Assembly (NCBI GenBank): GCA_964016885.1
Contig: OZ024742.1
Location: forward strand, 56,668,001-56,732,000
From: Eledone cirrhosa
Taxonomy: Eukaryota
Direction of reading: 5' to 3'
Length of the DNA stretch: 64,000 bases
The notes below the pieces were generated by a model. That model ran no database searches and was not told the origin of the DNA. It worked only from the letters and a program-made list of their open reading frames with translations. Positions 63,960 through 64,000 of the stretch are shown here, in pieces. Made by a program: the position numbers and the translations under genes. Positions within the stretch are counted from its first letter, which is position 1, and the number at the start of each line of letters is the position of its first letter.

Positions 63960-64000
<41 letters not shown>

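Overview
Eukaryotic, AT-rich, repeat-saturated DNA. The SINE types and microsatellite load suggest a cephalopod such as Octopus (inference). Almost every ORF in the supplied track is a microsatellite artefact: (TA)n, (CA)n, (GA)n, (TACA)n, (GTT)n or (GGT)n. The real coding remnants are retroelements: three Penelope-like element (PLE) GIY-YIG endonuclease fragments (spacer 962-1225, 6738-7136, 60825-61300), R4/Dong-like, Tx1/L1-like, Ingi/Vingi-like, CR1-like and RTE-like LINE fragments. There are also tRNA-derived SINEs and one non-autonomous Helitron. The main signal is that the short unique islands between (TA)n tracts are mostly PLE-type terminal-repeat modules. About 20 intact or degenerate type I hammerhead ribozyme (HHR) motifs were found by eye, many followed by AATAAA and a conserved 3' tail hairpin. 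Many islands are fold-back palindromes whose axis is the ribozyme itself or a long hairpin ending in GAAA (putative HHR stem II), which suggests ribozyme-guided snap-back priming during retrotransposition. A speculative three-exon host gene for a small secreted Cys-rich peptide lies on the minus strand (45760 to 28907). All structures were read manually and none has been computed or searched.
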